Shown here: in pieces, positions 18,644 to 27,168 of the stretch
Layout of the letters: the number at the start of each line of letters is the position of its first letter
How positions within the stretch are numbered: position 1 is the first letter of the stretch
Origin: Candidatus Kaiserbacteria bacterium
Lineage (GTDB): Bacteria; Patescibacteriota; Minisyncoccia; Phycocordibacterales; Phycocordibacteraceae
Direction: 5' to 3'
Assembly (NCBI GenBank): GCA_027451665.1
Contig: DAIDIW010000002.1
Span: 212,254 to 276,253, forward strand
DNA length: 64,000 bases
Translations under genes and position numbers: made by a program
The notes under the pieces: model-generated
What the model was told of the DNA's origin: nothing
What the model saw: only the letters and a program-made list of their open reading frames with translations
Database searches by the model: none

Positions 18644-19336
18644 TCACCCCACTTGTGGTGCAGTAGCAAAGACAATGATTTCAGATGGCACCTCCACTAC
18701 CTCGGCCGAGTAGCCCTTCTCGGCAAGGAAGCTCTGTATCGTAGCGAGATACTTTTCGGGAAGATGTGGGTCAATGCCTTGCGAGGCGTAGTCATACATT
18801 CCCTTCACCAATCCGCCCTCAATGTTGTAGCCGTTGGAGATGGAGTAGATGACGAACGACCTCGCGACGCGCACGCTTTCTTCAAGCGCCTGTCGGGTAT
18901 CAAGGTTGGAGGCGTGGATTGCCCGCATAGAAACATATCCGTCGAAACTCTTATCGGGGAACGGCAGATGCTGGATGTCGCCGTGGACGACGCGGACTTC
19001 GGGATGCTTCTCGGAAATCTTTCCGAGCGCCGTATCGCTCAAATCCAGTGCAGTGATTTCAAAGTCCTTGAAGAACGGGATTTCAGCACCGCTATTTGCG
19101 CCAGCGATAAGGACTGACGGCCGTCCTGCACCCTGCACTGACGGCAGCACCTTCTCGACAAGCGCAGTCAGGGCGTCATCAAACTTGTGCTCGGTATCGA
19201 GTGCCCGCGCATCTTTTGCATACTCAAAATCGCCGTATTTCTCATTGAGCCGCGCGACCAGTTCGGGCAGTTTGTCTGACCGATTTGCTTGCGAGATTTG
19301 AGGGGCGGGGTTCTTCTGAAACCAGTTCCAGCGCAT
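18644..19336 (-). CDS. Class I SAM-dependent methyltransferase
   Basis: VLIAGANSG, TALDLS, GDIQHLPFPDKSFD. Confidence 0.85.
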   Translation of the reverse strand: MRWNWFQKNPAPQISQANRSDKLPELVARLNEKYGDFEYAKDARALDTEHKFDDALTALVEKVLPSVQGAGRPSVLIAGANSGAEIPFFKDFEITALDLSDTALGKISEKHPEVRVVHGDIQHLPFPDKSFDGYVSMRAIHASNLDTRQALEESVRVARSFVIYSISNGYNIEGGLVKGMYDYASQGIDPHLPEKYLATIQSFLAEKGYSAEVVEVPSEIIVFATAPQVG

Positions 19337-19360
19337 ATTACATTCGTATTTATGAAAGTG

Positions 19361-19840
19361 TCAGTCAATGAACCCACCGTGGTATGTGGCACGGTAAAGA
19401 GATTTACCGTTAAGTGAAATCTCCTCCGCGCCGCCGAAACGGTCAAGCTCGCCGTCTACGGCATTGCGATAAAGCCAGCCACCTTCCTGATGCACGGAAG
19501 GGCCGCGCACGGGAATTACGCTGCCGTGTGGTTGCATCAATGCCTTGCGCAGAAAATTGTAAACCTCCTTCTCGCTCGTGGCAGGGTCAAGGATGTAGCC
19601 GTAATAGTTCATCCCCCACACAGGCGTACCGCTCTTGTAGACAATCTCTCCACCGATGAAATCCCGTCCGCCGAAATAAGTGTCGTGGTAGGTGAGGTTG
19701 CCCTGCTCAAAGTGATAATCATCGGAGCGCGGGCGTGATGAAGGGGCTTTAGCGGCGTCCTTATTGGCGTAGGTGCTTTTGTTAGCGGCATCCAAGAAAC
19801 GCGTGAGTTCTTGAAGGTCAAGGGGGTTTGCGGCATCCAT
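19361..19840 (-). CDS. DUF5680-like protein
   Basis: YHDTYFGGRDFIGGEIVY...PVWGMNYYG, PVRGP, YHGG. Confidence 0.8.
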   Translation of the reverse strand: MDAANPLDLQELTRFLDAANKSTYANKDAAKAPSSRPRSDDYHFEQGNLTYHDTYFGGRDFIGGEIVYKSGTPVWGMNYYGYILDPATSEKEVYNFLRKALMQPHGSVIPVRGPSVHQEGGWLYRNAVDGELDRFGGAEEISLNGKSLYRATYHGGFID

Positions 19841-19869
19841 AACACCACTTTACCACCACCCGTCGTTTT

Positions 19870-20430
19870 TTATTTACCGAGGTCTACGAGCACTGTGCCA
19901 CCTCCCCAAATGCTGCCGTTGTACTGGAACTGCAAGCCCGTAGCGGTCTTGGGTATTTCAAACCCAACCCAGCCCGTGCGTTTGCTGTTAGCGATAATTG
20001 CGCCGTCTAGCGAGCTGCTCGGGTTTGACAGTTCCTTATCCGTAGCTGTTACCTGATAGCTATTGCCCTGCGCATCGCGGACGAACATCTGCCCTAGCGT
20101 TGTAACGTACTGCTGTGAGGATGACGTGTTTTGGATAGTTATGTTGAGGTCAAGCCACTCGTTGCCCGCGCTCGGAGAAGTAAACTGCCCACCGTCCGAA
20201 TAGCTGACACTGTTGACGGTGATGACCGAGCTGCCGAGCTGGATTTGGTCGCCGACCTTGTAAGTCGTCTGCGCCGTCTGTTGCGCAGGCGCTGCGGCGA
20301 TGCCATTGCTCCCGACCTTCTCGCTTGAAGGCGAGCTGCTCGCGCCGATGATTATGAGTACCACGAGAACCAAGCCCCAGAACCACCATCGTTTATAAAA
20401 CTTCTTCTTTGCTCCTTGTTGATTTTCCAT
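19870..20430 (-). CDS. DUF4352-like Ig-fold surface protein
   Basis: KKFYKRWWFW TM anchor; LNITIQN, RDAQGNSY, RTGWVGFEIPK. Confidence 0.82.
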   Translation of the reverse strand: MENQQGAKKKFYKRWWFWGLVLVVLIIIGASSSPSSEKVGSNGIAAAPAQQTAQTTYKVGDQIQLGSSVITVNSVSYSDGGQFTSPSAGNEWLDLNITIQNTSSSQQYVTTLGQMFVRDAQGNSYQVTATDKELSNPSSSLDGAIIANSKRTGWVGFEIPKTATGLQFQYNGSIWGGGTVLVDLGK

Positions 20431-20434
20431 ACGA

Positions 20435-20630
20435 GCGGCTAATGGATAAATCCAAGGGCGGGTACAGGAAACCCGCCACTAGGAAGGCCTTGCGGCCTCT
20501 ATAGGAGTTTCCCCCTATAACGCGATGAACGCCCTAATGACGGGTTTGCTAGGTTCATCGCGATTTTTGACCATACCTTGCGGCAGAGCGCCACTAGGGT
20601 TAGGTCAGCATCAACCTTTACCGGCTGACG
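20435..20630 (-). promoter_or_regulatory. About 200-nt structured 5' leader or ncRNA upstream of the DUF4352-ABC gene run
   Basis: Promoter TTCAAA-17-TAAGAT (extended TG) at 20637-20665 on minus strand; several hairpins, three with GNRA loops. Confidence 0.55.
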
Positions 20631-20703
20631 GGTACCATCTTAACACGTCAAAACTCGGCTTTGAAAACAGCTCGAGGAAGCGTAGATTTGAGGCAAAGAT
20701 TCA

Positions 20704-21447
20704 ATGAACCCCGAACAGAAAATCAAGCACGAAATCTGGCTCGTATTACAGCAGCTCAAAGAGGACTATCTGCTTACACCCGAGAATAACTACGCGGTCT
20801 ACGAAATCGCACAAGCCCGCGAGCACCCTAACTTCCCAACGCTTCATAATCAACTCAAAATCCTAAAGAAGCTAGAGCACGATGGAGCACTCAAGATAGT
20901 GCGCAGCTACTACGTAACTCGACGTGGCACGAGCCTCGCGGACGCAGTTGATTTTGGTATGTACCACGACGCAGACCCGAAAGGTATTTTGCTTGGTGTG
21001 CTGTTTCCGAGGTTTGATGAGCTATATGCCGAGTATTCGCAATACAGCGCCGAACCGATAACGCCTGAGATTGAGACAAAAAAGTACGTCATTGAGCTCA
21101 AAGACCGAGGGGTTTGGGTCAATGAATTTCTATTGAGCAGGCCGCACGCTACCGGTAAGAATATGGGCTTCTTTGAGTACGTGTTTGAGCATCCCGACAA
21201 ACTCATCTCACGCGATAGTTTGCCGAAGTTCGTACAACAGGACGTAGCCGCCCGCAGTTTTTCCAAGGTGCTCAATGACCTCGGCTTCAAGGGTGAGATA
21301 CTCAAGGTATTCTTCCCCGAACGGGGTAAAAGTCAGCTGCGGTTCAGAAAGGAAGTCACCTTGAGCCAGCTCGCTAAAAGCGGCATAAATACCGACTTGC
21401 TATTACAGGAGCTACGCCTCGCGCATTTGAAGAGCAGTCCGAAATAG
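20704..21447 (+). CDS. Hypothetical protein, possible winged-helix DNA-binding regulator
   Basis: 247-aa ORF; C-terminal FFEYVFEHPDKLISRDSL resembles OmpR-type winged-helix segments. Confidence 0.6.
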   Translation: MNPEQKIKHEIWLVLQQLKEDYLLTPENNYAVYEIAQAREHPNFPTLHNQLKILKKLEHDGALKIVRSYYVTRRGTSLADAVDFGMYHDADPKGILLGVLFPRFDELYAEYSQYSAEPITPEIETKKYVIELKDRGVWVNEFLLSRPHATGKNMGFFEYVFEHPDKLISRDSLPKFVQQDVAARSFSKVLNDLGFKGEILKVFFPERGKSQLRFRKEVTLSQLAKSGINTDLLLQELRLAHLKSSPK

Positions 21448-21474
21448 TCCGAAGTCATCCAGTTCAATCCGGAA
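21435..21474 (+). repeat. Four 10-bp-phased imperfect direct repeats
   Basis: cagtccgaaa tagtccgaag tcatccagtt caatccggaa; TCC at exact 10-bp spacing. Confidence 0.7.
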
Positions 21475-21516
21475 ACCAAGACCGCTTTATTTCAACGACC
21501 ATACTGCCAAGACAGT

Positions 21517-21702
21517 ATGGTCGTTTCTGATGCCCACATCGCCGAGTTCCAAAAACTCTACAGGGAGCATTTTGGCATTGAACTCCCGAAAGCGCAAGCG
21601 CTTGAGAAGAGCATCCGTCTCGTCCGTCTGATTGAAACCGTCAGCCGCGCTCTTGCAAAGGAGCAGGCCGAAATCCCTACCAACCTAATACCACCAACAT
21701 AA
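21517..21702 (+). CDS. Small helical protein typical of CPR mobile elements
   Basis: SDAHIAEFQKLYREHFGIELPKAQALEKSIRLVRL; first gene of the Rep operon. Confidence 0.75.
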   Translation: MVVSDAHIAEFQKLYREHFGIELPKAQALEKSIRLVRLIETVSRALAKEQAEIPTNLIPPT

Positions 21703-21703
21703 T

Positions 21704-22063
21704 ATGGAAACGCGTGATGATACCCAGCCTGCAACCGAAGAAGATATGAAAGCAACCTTTAAGAGCAGCGAGTGGCAGAAGTTAAAGGTTCTCATTGATG
21801 AGACAGAACAGCAAATGGAAGCGATGAACCTCGTCCCACTCAATAAGGGCGGTGAACAATATATCCGCGACCGCTACCCAATCGCCGTGCTCTATCACCG
21901 AGCTTATCTTCAAGATGTTGCGATGACCGAGTGCAATACGATGCTCACAGAAGAAGAAATCCAAAATATAGGATGCTCCTTCTTTGACGACTTTCCGGAT
22001 GAAATTTGGCTTGCGATTATCGAAGCAGTGAAGTTGGTCGTCAGCGAGCGCAATTCCTCTTGA
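21704..22063 (+). CDS. Hypothetical acidic protein
   Basis: 119-aa ORF starting 1 nt after the previous stop. Confidence 0.7.
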   Translation: METRDDTQPATEEDMKATFKSSEWQKLKVLIDETEQQMEAMNLVPLNKGGEQYIRDRYPIAVLYHRAYLQDVAMTECNTMLTEEEIQNIGCSFFDDFPDEIWLAIIEAVKLVVSERNSS

Positions 22064-22112
22064 GCTGCCTCGCAGGGTTCCTTGAAAAACACCGACAACA
22101 ACGAAAACAGCT

Positions 22113-23279
22113 ATGGATACCGTCATCATCAAACTCAATGGGTTCAAAGTCGCCAACATCTCGCTATTCCTGCCAGAACTCAATAAGCGTCGTTTCCAAG
22201 ACCTCTCGCCTACGGAGCGGCAGTCAACGCGTACTTACCTCCGTGCGTTTCGCTTTGAACCACCACACCAAGACGCGTACCTGCCAAAAATAGAGGTTTA
22301 CGAGGCACTGAATGATGACCGTAACGAGCTAACCTACACACTCCAAGCGAGGTTCTCTGTCCCGAAGCTCCTCTACGGCAACAGCGTGCAGGAGGTGAAC
22401 GATAACGACCTTGAACGCGTCATCTATGCTTTTACGAAGGCGCTAACAGGAGCAGGCATTGTCGTCAGTAGCACGACCGTCGCTAATGCTCGCGTTTCGC
22501 AGGTGGACTTCTGCAAAAATATAATCCTGCCACGCGACATACGGATGCAGGAGGTCTTGACCGAGTTGCAGCGCACAGATATCAGCAAAGCGATTGATAT
22601 GACCCAGAAGGAGTACAAGCACGGTGGCCGTACTCTCCACATTTATTCGCAAACCGTGGAGCGTGTCTTTTACGACAAGGTGAACGACGCCACGCGGCCC
22701 AAGGGCAAACGCAAGGATAAAGGGCATATTGAGCGCGAACGCGAAGTGATAGACCGCTATGGGTTAGCGAACCGCGAGATTTTCCGCTACGAGTATCGCT
22801 TGAAGAAAAATCAGGCCGTGAAGCAGAAAGTGAACGCCGCACTTAGGCGACCGTATCCAACAGTCGTTCAACTCAAAGACCTTTTCACGCCCAACCTTTG
22901 CAAAACGATTTTATTGCAATCGTGGCGCGACCTCATCCAACGCCCCGAGAACCAGCTCGCACTTCTCGGCCCAAAGGACGACCTTGCGCTCCTGCAGCAC
23001 ATAATGGGTGGAGCGCGTGAGCAGGGCGCGGTACACAGTATGAACCGTGCTTTCACCTCCTACGGCCTTACACGCGCCATACGCGACCACGGAGCAAAAG
23101 AAGTGCGTAAGGCAGCTGCGGGTTGGAACGCCAACCACGGCGAGCGCCTTACCAAGAAAATGAGAGTTGCGGCCGCACTTACCGAAGGGCTGCCGTATTC
23201 AAATAGTATCGCCGTTGTGTCTGCGTCACTTGAGCAGTTTGAGTACATTTCCCTTTCAACACTTGAAAATGTGGTATAA
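22113..23279 (+). CDS. Phage/plasmid rolling-circle replication initiator (gene II/X, Rep_trans-like)
   Basis: MDTV start, FSVPKLLYGN, VSQVDFCKN, FYDK (putative catalytic Tyr), RYEYRL. Confidence 0.75.
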   Translation: MDTVIIKLNGFKVANISLFLPELNKRRFQDLSPTERQSTRTYLRAFRFEPPHQDAYLPKIEVYEALNDDRNELTYTLQARFSVPKLLYGNSVQEVNDNDLERVIYAFTKALTGAGIVVSSTTVANARVSQVDFCKNIILPRDIRMQEVLTELQRTDISKAIDMTQKEYKHGGRTLHIYSQTVERVFYDKVNDATRPKGKRKDKGHIEREREVIDRYGLANREIFRYEYRLKKNQAVKQKVNAALRRPYPTVVQLKDLFTPNLCKTILLQSWRDLIQRPENQLALLGPKDDLALLQHIMGGAREQGAVHSMNRAFTSYGLTRAIRDHGAKEVRKAAAGWNANHGERLTKKMRVAAALTEGLPYSNSIAVVSASLEQFEYISLSTLENVV

Positions 23280-23423
23280 TAAACTCGTTGACCCACTTGT
23301 GAGCCGTTTGTCGCCAGAGGTTTTATCATTTATAGATAGCGGGGCGAAAGGGGCGGTCTGCCACTATCTGTATTCCTCTGGTTTACGGCATAAGTGGGTC
23401 AACCAGACCGTCCCTTTTGCTAT
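23272..23423 (+). promoter_or_regulatory. Extended -10 promoter and structured leader of the recombinase gene
   Basis: TGgTATAAT at 23272-23280; long hairpin 23287-23403; loop complementary to 23404-23420. Confidence 0.65.
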
Positions 23424-25031
23424 ATGAAAACTCACCAAAAAATCAAATACTTCGCCTACCTCCGTAAGTCGTCGGAAGGAAAAGAAAAACAGGCGCTCTC
23501 CATTCCTGCGCAACGTGCCCAGCTTTCAGAGCGCTTCTCTGATTTAGATATTGAGTTTGTGGAAGAGGAACGTAGCGCTTTTCTGCCACTCAATCGGCCG
23601 AGGTTCAGCGATATGCTCCTGCGCGTCCGTAGTGGCGAGCGGCAAGGACTGCTCGCGTGGCATCCCGACCGCCTTTCTCGCAATGAGGTGGATGCGAGCG
23701 CGATTACTTATATGCTCCGCACGGGCGAACTCAAAGACCTCAAGTTTGCCACCTATCATTTTGAGAACAACTCGCCCGAGGGTATTTGGATGTTGCAAAT
23801 GGCACTCTCGCAGTCGCAATACGAGAGCGCGAAGAAGGGGCGCGATGTGAAGCGCGGTACCGCACAGAGCGCAAAGAGCGGTTTTTATCCCGCGCCAGCA
23901 CCTATCGGATACCTCAATGACAAGTTCACCGAGCGTGGAAAGAAAAAGAAGCGCCCCGACCCCGAGCGCTTTGCTCTCACACGCAGACTTTTTGACTTGA
24001 TGCTGACAGGCAACTATACGCCTCCGCAAATCCACGACATAGCCGTAAACGAGTGGGGCTTCCGTGGGCCGAAGGGCCGCAAACTTTCCCGCAGTAGTGT
24101 CTACAACATCTTCACTCGGCCGTTCTATTTCGGCGAGTTCGAGCATCCCGCAGGAAGCGGTATTTGGTATAAAGGCGACCACGAACCGATGATTACCCGC
24201 GAGGAATATGACCGTATCCAGTTCCTGCTTGGGCGTAAGGGTAACCCGCGACCGAAGGAACATAAAGACATCGCTTATCGCGGCCCCATGAAATGCGGCG
24301 AATGCGGAGCAGCGATTACCGCCGAGGAGAAGATGAAAAAGCTCGCCAAGGGCGGTGTCGCACACTATACCTACTACCACTGCACTAAGCGCAAGAACCC
24401 GAACTGCTCGCAGCATTCCATTGAGGAGACAAAGCTGGAAAAGCAAATCGCTAAGGAACTTGGGAAGCTCAAAATCCCCGCTGGCTTTACCGCGTGGGCG
24501 GTCGCGCGGCTGAAAGACCAGAACGCCAAAGAGATTACTGACCGCGAGGTGGTCTACAGCAATCAACGCAAGGAGTACGAGGCATGCGTCCGCAAGATAG
24601 ACAACCTGATTGATATGCGGGCAAACAGCGAGATTGACGAGCAGGAGTTCAGGAGCAGAAAGGAAACGCTTCTCGCCGAAAAGGAACGCACTCAAGCACT
24701 CCTGCTAGACACAGACAAGCGCGTAGAGAATTGGCTTGAGGTCGCAGAGCGCGGCTTCAATTTCGCAGAGAAAGCGCCAGCCGTATTCGCCAAGGCAGCG
24801 GCAGATGAGGACTTTGCGACCTGCAAGGAGATATTTACGGCTCTGGGTTCGAACTACACGCTCATAGACGGAAAGTTGAGCATTTCCTTGGATAATCTGC
24901 TGTTCCCGATACAGGAAATCGCGGATGCAATCTGCGACATTCCCTCTCCGTTAGAACTAGAGAAAAACAAAGGAGATGCAAAGGATTTCGGACAACTCTA
25001 CGCCGAAAATCCACGAGTGCTGGGGGACTAG
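23424..25031 (+). CDS. Large serine recombinase (integrase)
   Basis: YLRKSS catalytic Ser, DRLSRN, APIGY, recombinase domain (HEPMITREEY), CGECG...YYHC zinc ribbon, coiled coil. Confidence 0.95.
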   Translation: MKTHQKIKYFAYLRKSSEGKEKQALSIPAQRAQLSERFSDLDIEFVEEERSAFLPLNRPRFSDMLLRVRSGERQGLLAWHPDRLSRNEVDASAITYMLRTGELKDLKFATYHFENNSPEGIWMLQMALSQSQYESAKKGRDVKRGTAQSAKSGFYPAPAPIGYLNDKFTERGKKKKRPDPERFALTRRLFDLMLTGNYTPPQIHDIAVNEWGFRGPKGRKLSRSSVYNIFTRPFYFGEFEHPAGSGIWYKGDHEPMITREEYDRIQFLLGRKGNPRPKEHKDIAYRGPMKCGECGAAITAEEKMKKLAKGGVAHYTYYHCTKRKNPNCSQHSIEETKLEKQIAKELGKLKIPAGFTAWAVARLKDQNAKEITDREVVYSNQRKEYEACVRKIDNLIDMRANSEIDEQEFRSRKETLLAEKERTQALLLDTDKRVENWLEVAERGFNFAEKAPAVFAKAAADEDFATCKEIFTALGSNYTLIDGKLSISLDNLLFPIQEIADAICDIPSPLELEKNKGDAKDFGQLYAENPRVLGD

Positions 25032-25090
25032 GATTCGAACCTAGATTGACGGGACCAAAACCCGCTGTCCTACCATTAGACGATCCCCCA
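25020..25090 (-). tRNA. tRNA-Gln(TTG)
   Basis: Cloverleaf tggggga...tcccccag, anticodon loop tt-TTG-gt, GGTTCGAATCC; no encoded CCA. Confidence 0.95.
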
Positions 25091-25112
25091 ATGTGCGGAC
25101 CTACGCACTCTA

Positions 25113-26156
25113 TCACTCGCCCGGGAAGAGTTCGAGAACGGCAAGCTCAAGCGGAATCGCAGGAATAGGCGCGAAGCGGATGCGCTCCGAGGCATTTAGG
25201 AACGCGAGGAGCGTCTTCTCAGTAATTCCCTTCTCCTTCGCGAATGCTTCGAGTGCACCGAACTCGTCGGGGCCGAGCTCTTGTGCCAAGCTCGCTTTGA
25301 AGTCAGGCGCGTAGCGGATGAGGAGCGTCGAACGAAGAGCTTCGAGGGTAAGCTCGAGAAAGAGCTTCAGGTCTGCCCCGTTCTTCGCGGCTCCTTCGAT
25401 CGCGGTAAGGGCTGCATTACGGTCGCCGTTCGCGAGTGCGGAAATGAGCGCATGGACCTGCGCACGTTTCGGTGCGCCGGTCACCCGCTCGACAAATTCT
25501 CGCATAATTCGCATGCTCCCGAATTCATTTGGATCATATGCGCTCAAGACACGTTGGAGCACCGACAATGCATCACGGTAAGAACCCTCTGCAAGTATTG
25601 CTATGAGCTCGGCAGCGTCCGGAGCAAGCTTGCGCTCTTCTTGCTTCGCCACCTTCGTCACGACGTCGACGAGTCCTGCGCGCGTCGGCTTCTTGAACTC
25701 GAAGACCTGACAGCGACTCTGCACGGTGTCCGGAACACGATCAAGCTCCGTCGTCGCGAGGATAAATACCGCGTAGGGCGGCGGTTCTTCGAGCGTCTTC
25801 AGGAATGCGTTCCACGCGGCTTTCGAGAGCATGTGCACTTCGTCAAGTATGTAGACTTTGTAGGGAGACTCGAACGGGAGCGTATAGACCCCTTCGGTGA
25901 GTGCACGGATATCCTCAACGCTGTTGTTCGAGGCAGCATCTACCTCATAGAGATCATTATTCGAACAGCCGATCTCGCGCGCGAAGATGCGTGCCACGCT
26001 CGTCTTCCCGAGCCCGCGAGTGCCGGCGAAAAGATACGCGTGCCCTATCTTCTTGGCCTTAATGGCCTCGGAGAGCGGTTTCGTCACCTGTTCCTGACCG
26101 ACGACGTCGTCAAACGTCTGCGGACGATACGCGCGATAAAGTGACTCGTGAGCCAT
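25113..26156 (-). CDS. dnaX: DNA polymerase III gamma/tau
   Basis: LYRAYRPQTF, GTRGLGKT, DEVHML, LKTLEEPP, SRC. Confidence 0.96.
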   Translation of the reverse strand: MAHESLYRAYRPQTFDDVVGQEQVTKPLSEAIKAKKIGHAYLFAGTRGLGKTSVARIFAREIGCSNNDLYEVDAASNNSVEDIRALTEGVYTLPFESPYKVYILDEVHMLSKAAWNAFLKTLEEPPPYAVFILATTELDRVPDTVQSRCQVFEFKKPTRAGLVDVVTKVAKQEERKLAPDAAELIAILAEGSYRDALSVLQRVLSAYDPNEFGSMRIMREFVERVTGAPKRAQVHALISALANGDRNAALTAIEGAAKNGADLKLFLELTLEALRSTLLIRYAPDFKASLAQELGPDEFGALEAFAKEKGITEKTLLAFLNASERIRFAPIPAIPLELAVLELFPGE

Positions 26157-26172
26157 TAGCCGACAGTATAGC

Positions 26173-27147
26173 TTACGCGAGGCCCTGCGCGCGGATAGCC
26201 GCCTCGAGCGCCTCGGCGTTCTCCGCCTCCATGAGCTTCGCGCGAATCTCGGCGGCGCCGTCGAACCCGAGGACGAACGCCTTGATGTGCTTTTTCAGGA
26301 TCGCGAAGTTCTTATGCGGGTGGAGCTTCTCGAAATCGTGCGCGAGTTCGATGAGCGCGGAGAGCTTCTCCCGAAGTGGCGTATCCTCCGCCTTACGGCC
26401 GGCGAAGACCCAGGGATTGCCGAACATACCGCGGCCGATCATGACGCCATCGCACCCGGTCTCTGCGACCTTCTGCTTCGCATTGTCGAGGTCCTTCACA
26501 TCGCCATTGCCGATGACGAGCACCGCAGGCGCGAGCCGGTCGCGGATCTCAACCACCTTCTTCATGAGTTCCCAGTTGGCAGGCACTAAGGACATCTCCT
26601 TGCGCGTGCGCAGATGCATGGTAATTGCCACTGGCTTCGCCTCGAGGAGCGCTGGCATCCACGTGTCGAGCTCTTCGCGGTTATATCCCAGGCGCGTCTT
26701 TACGCTTACCGGTAGGTCGCTTGCCTCTTTCGCAGCACGGATGACCGCCTGAGCGACTTCCGGCGTCTTGATCATGCCTGCACCGCAGCCCTGACGCTCA
26801 ATGGCACGATCGGGGCAACCCATATTTATATCAACGCCATCAAAGCCGAGCTCCTTCGCGAGCTTCGTCGCGTAGGCTATGTGCTTCGGGGCGTTCGAGA
26901 AGATCTGCGCGACGATCGGGTGCTCGTCATCCGTAAAGGCGAGGTCGCGCATCAGGGGACTCTCGTGGTCCGTCATCTTTCCTATCTCACGCGTGTGATA
27001 GAGCCCATCTGCGGAAACGAACTCCGTCCAGAAGGCGTGGGGTTTCCCGCACTTGGCGACGAGCTTCCGCCACGCGGGATCAGTGACATCCGCCATGGGA
27101 GCCATGACGAAAAAAGGCCGCGGAAGGCCATTCCAGAACGACTGCAT
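26173..27147 (-). CDS. dusB: tRNA-dihydrouridine synthase
   Basis: APMADVTD, DINMGCP, GNGDV, GVMIGRG. Confidence 0.9.
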   Translation of the reverse strand: MQSFWNGLPRPFFVMAPMADVTDPAWRKLVAKCGKPHAFWTEFVSADGLYHTREIGKMTDHESPLMRDLAFTDDEHPIVAQIFSNAPKHIAYATKLAKELGFDGVDINMGCPDRAIERQGCGAGMIKTPEVAQAVIRAAKEASDLPVSVKTRLGYNREELDTWMPALLEAKPVAITMHLRTRKEMSLVPANWELMKKVVEIRDRLAPAVLVIGNGDVKDLDNAKQKVAETGCDGVMIGRGMFGNPWVFAGRKAEDTPLREKLSALIELAHDFEKLHPHKNFAILKKHIKAFVLGFDGAAEIRAKLMEAENAEALEAAIRAQGLA

Positions 27148-27168
27148 GGGTCCACTATACCAGGAGAT

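Larger units (their letters stand above)
12036..25031. mobile_element. Genomic island / integrative element at tRNA-Gln with Rep and large serine recombinase
   Basis: Visibly lower GC than flanks, recombinase abutting the tRNA 3' end, replication initiator, defence-like cargo; left boundary approximate, no attL repeat found. Confidence 0.8.
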
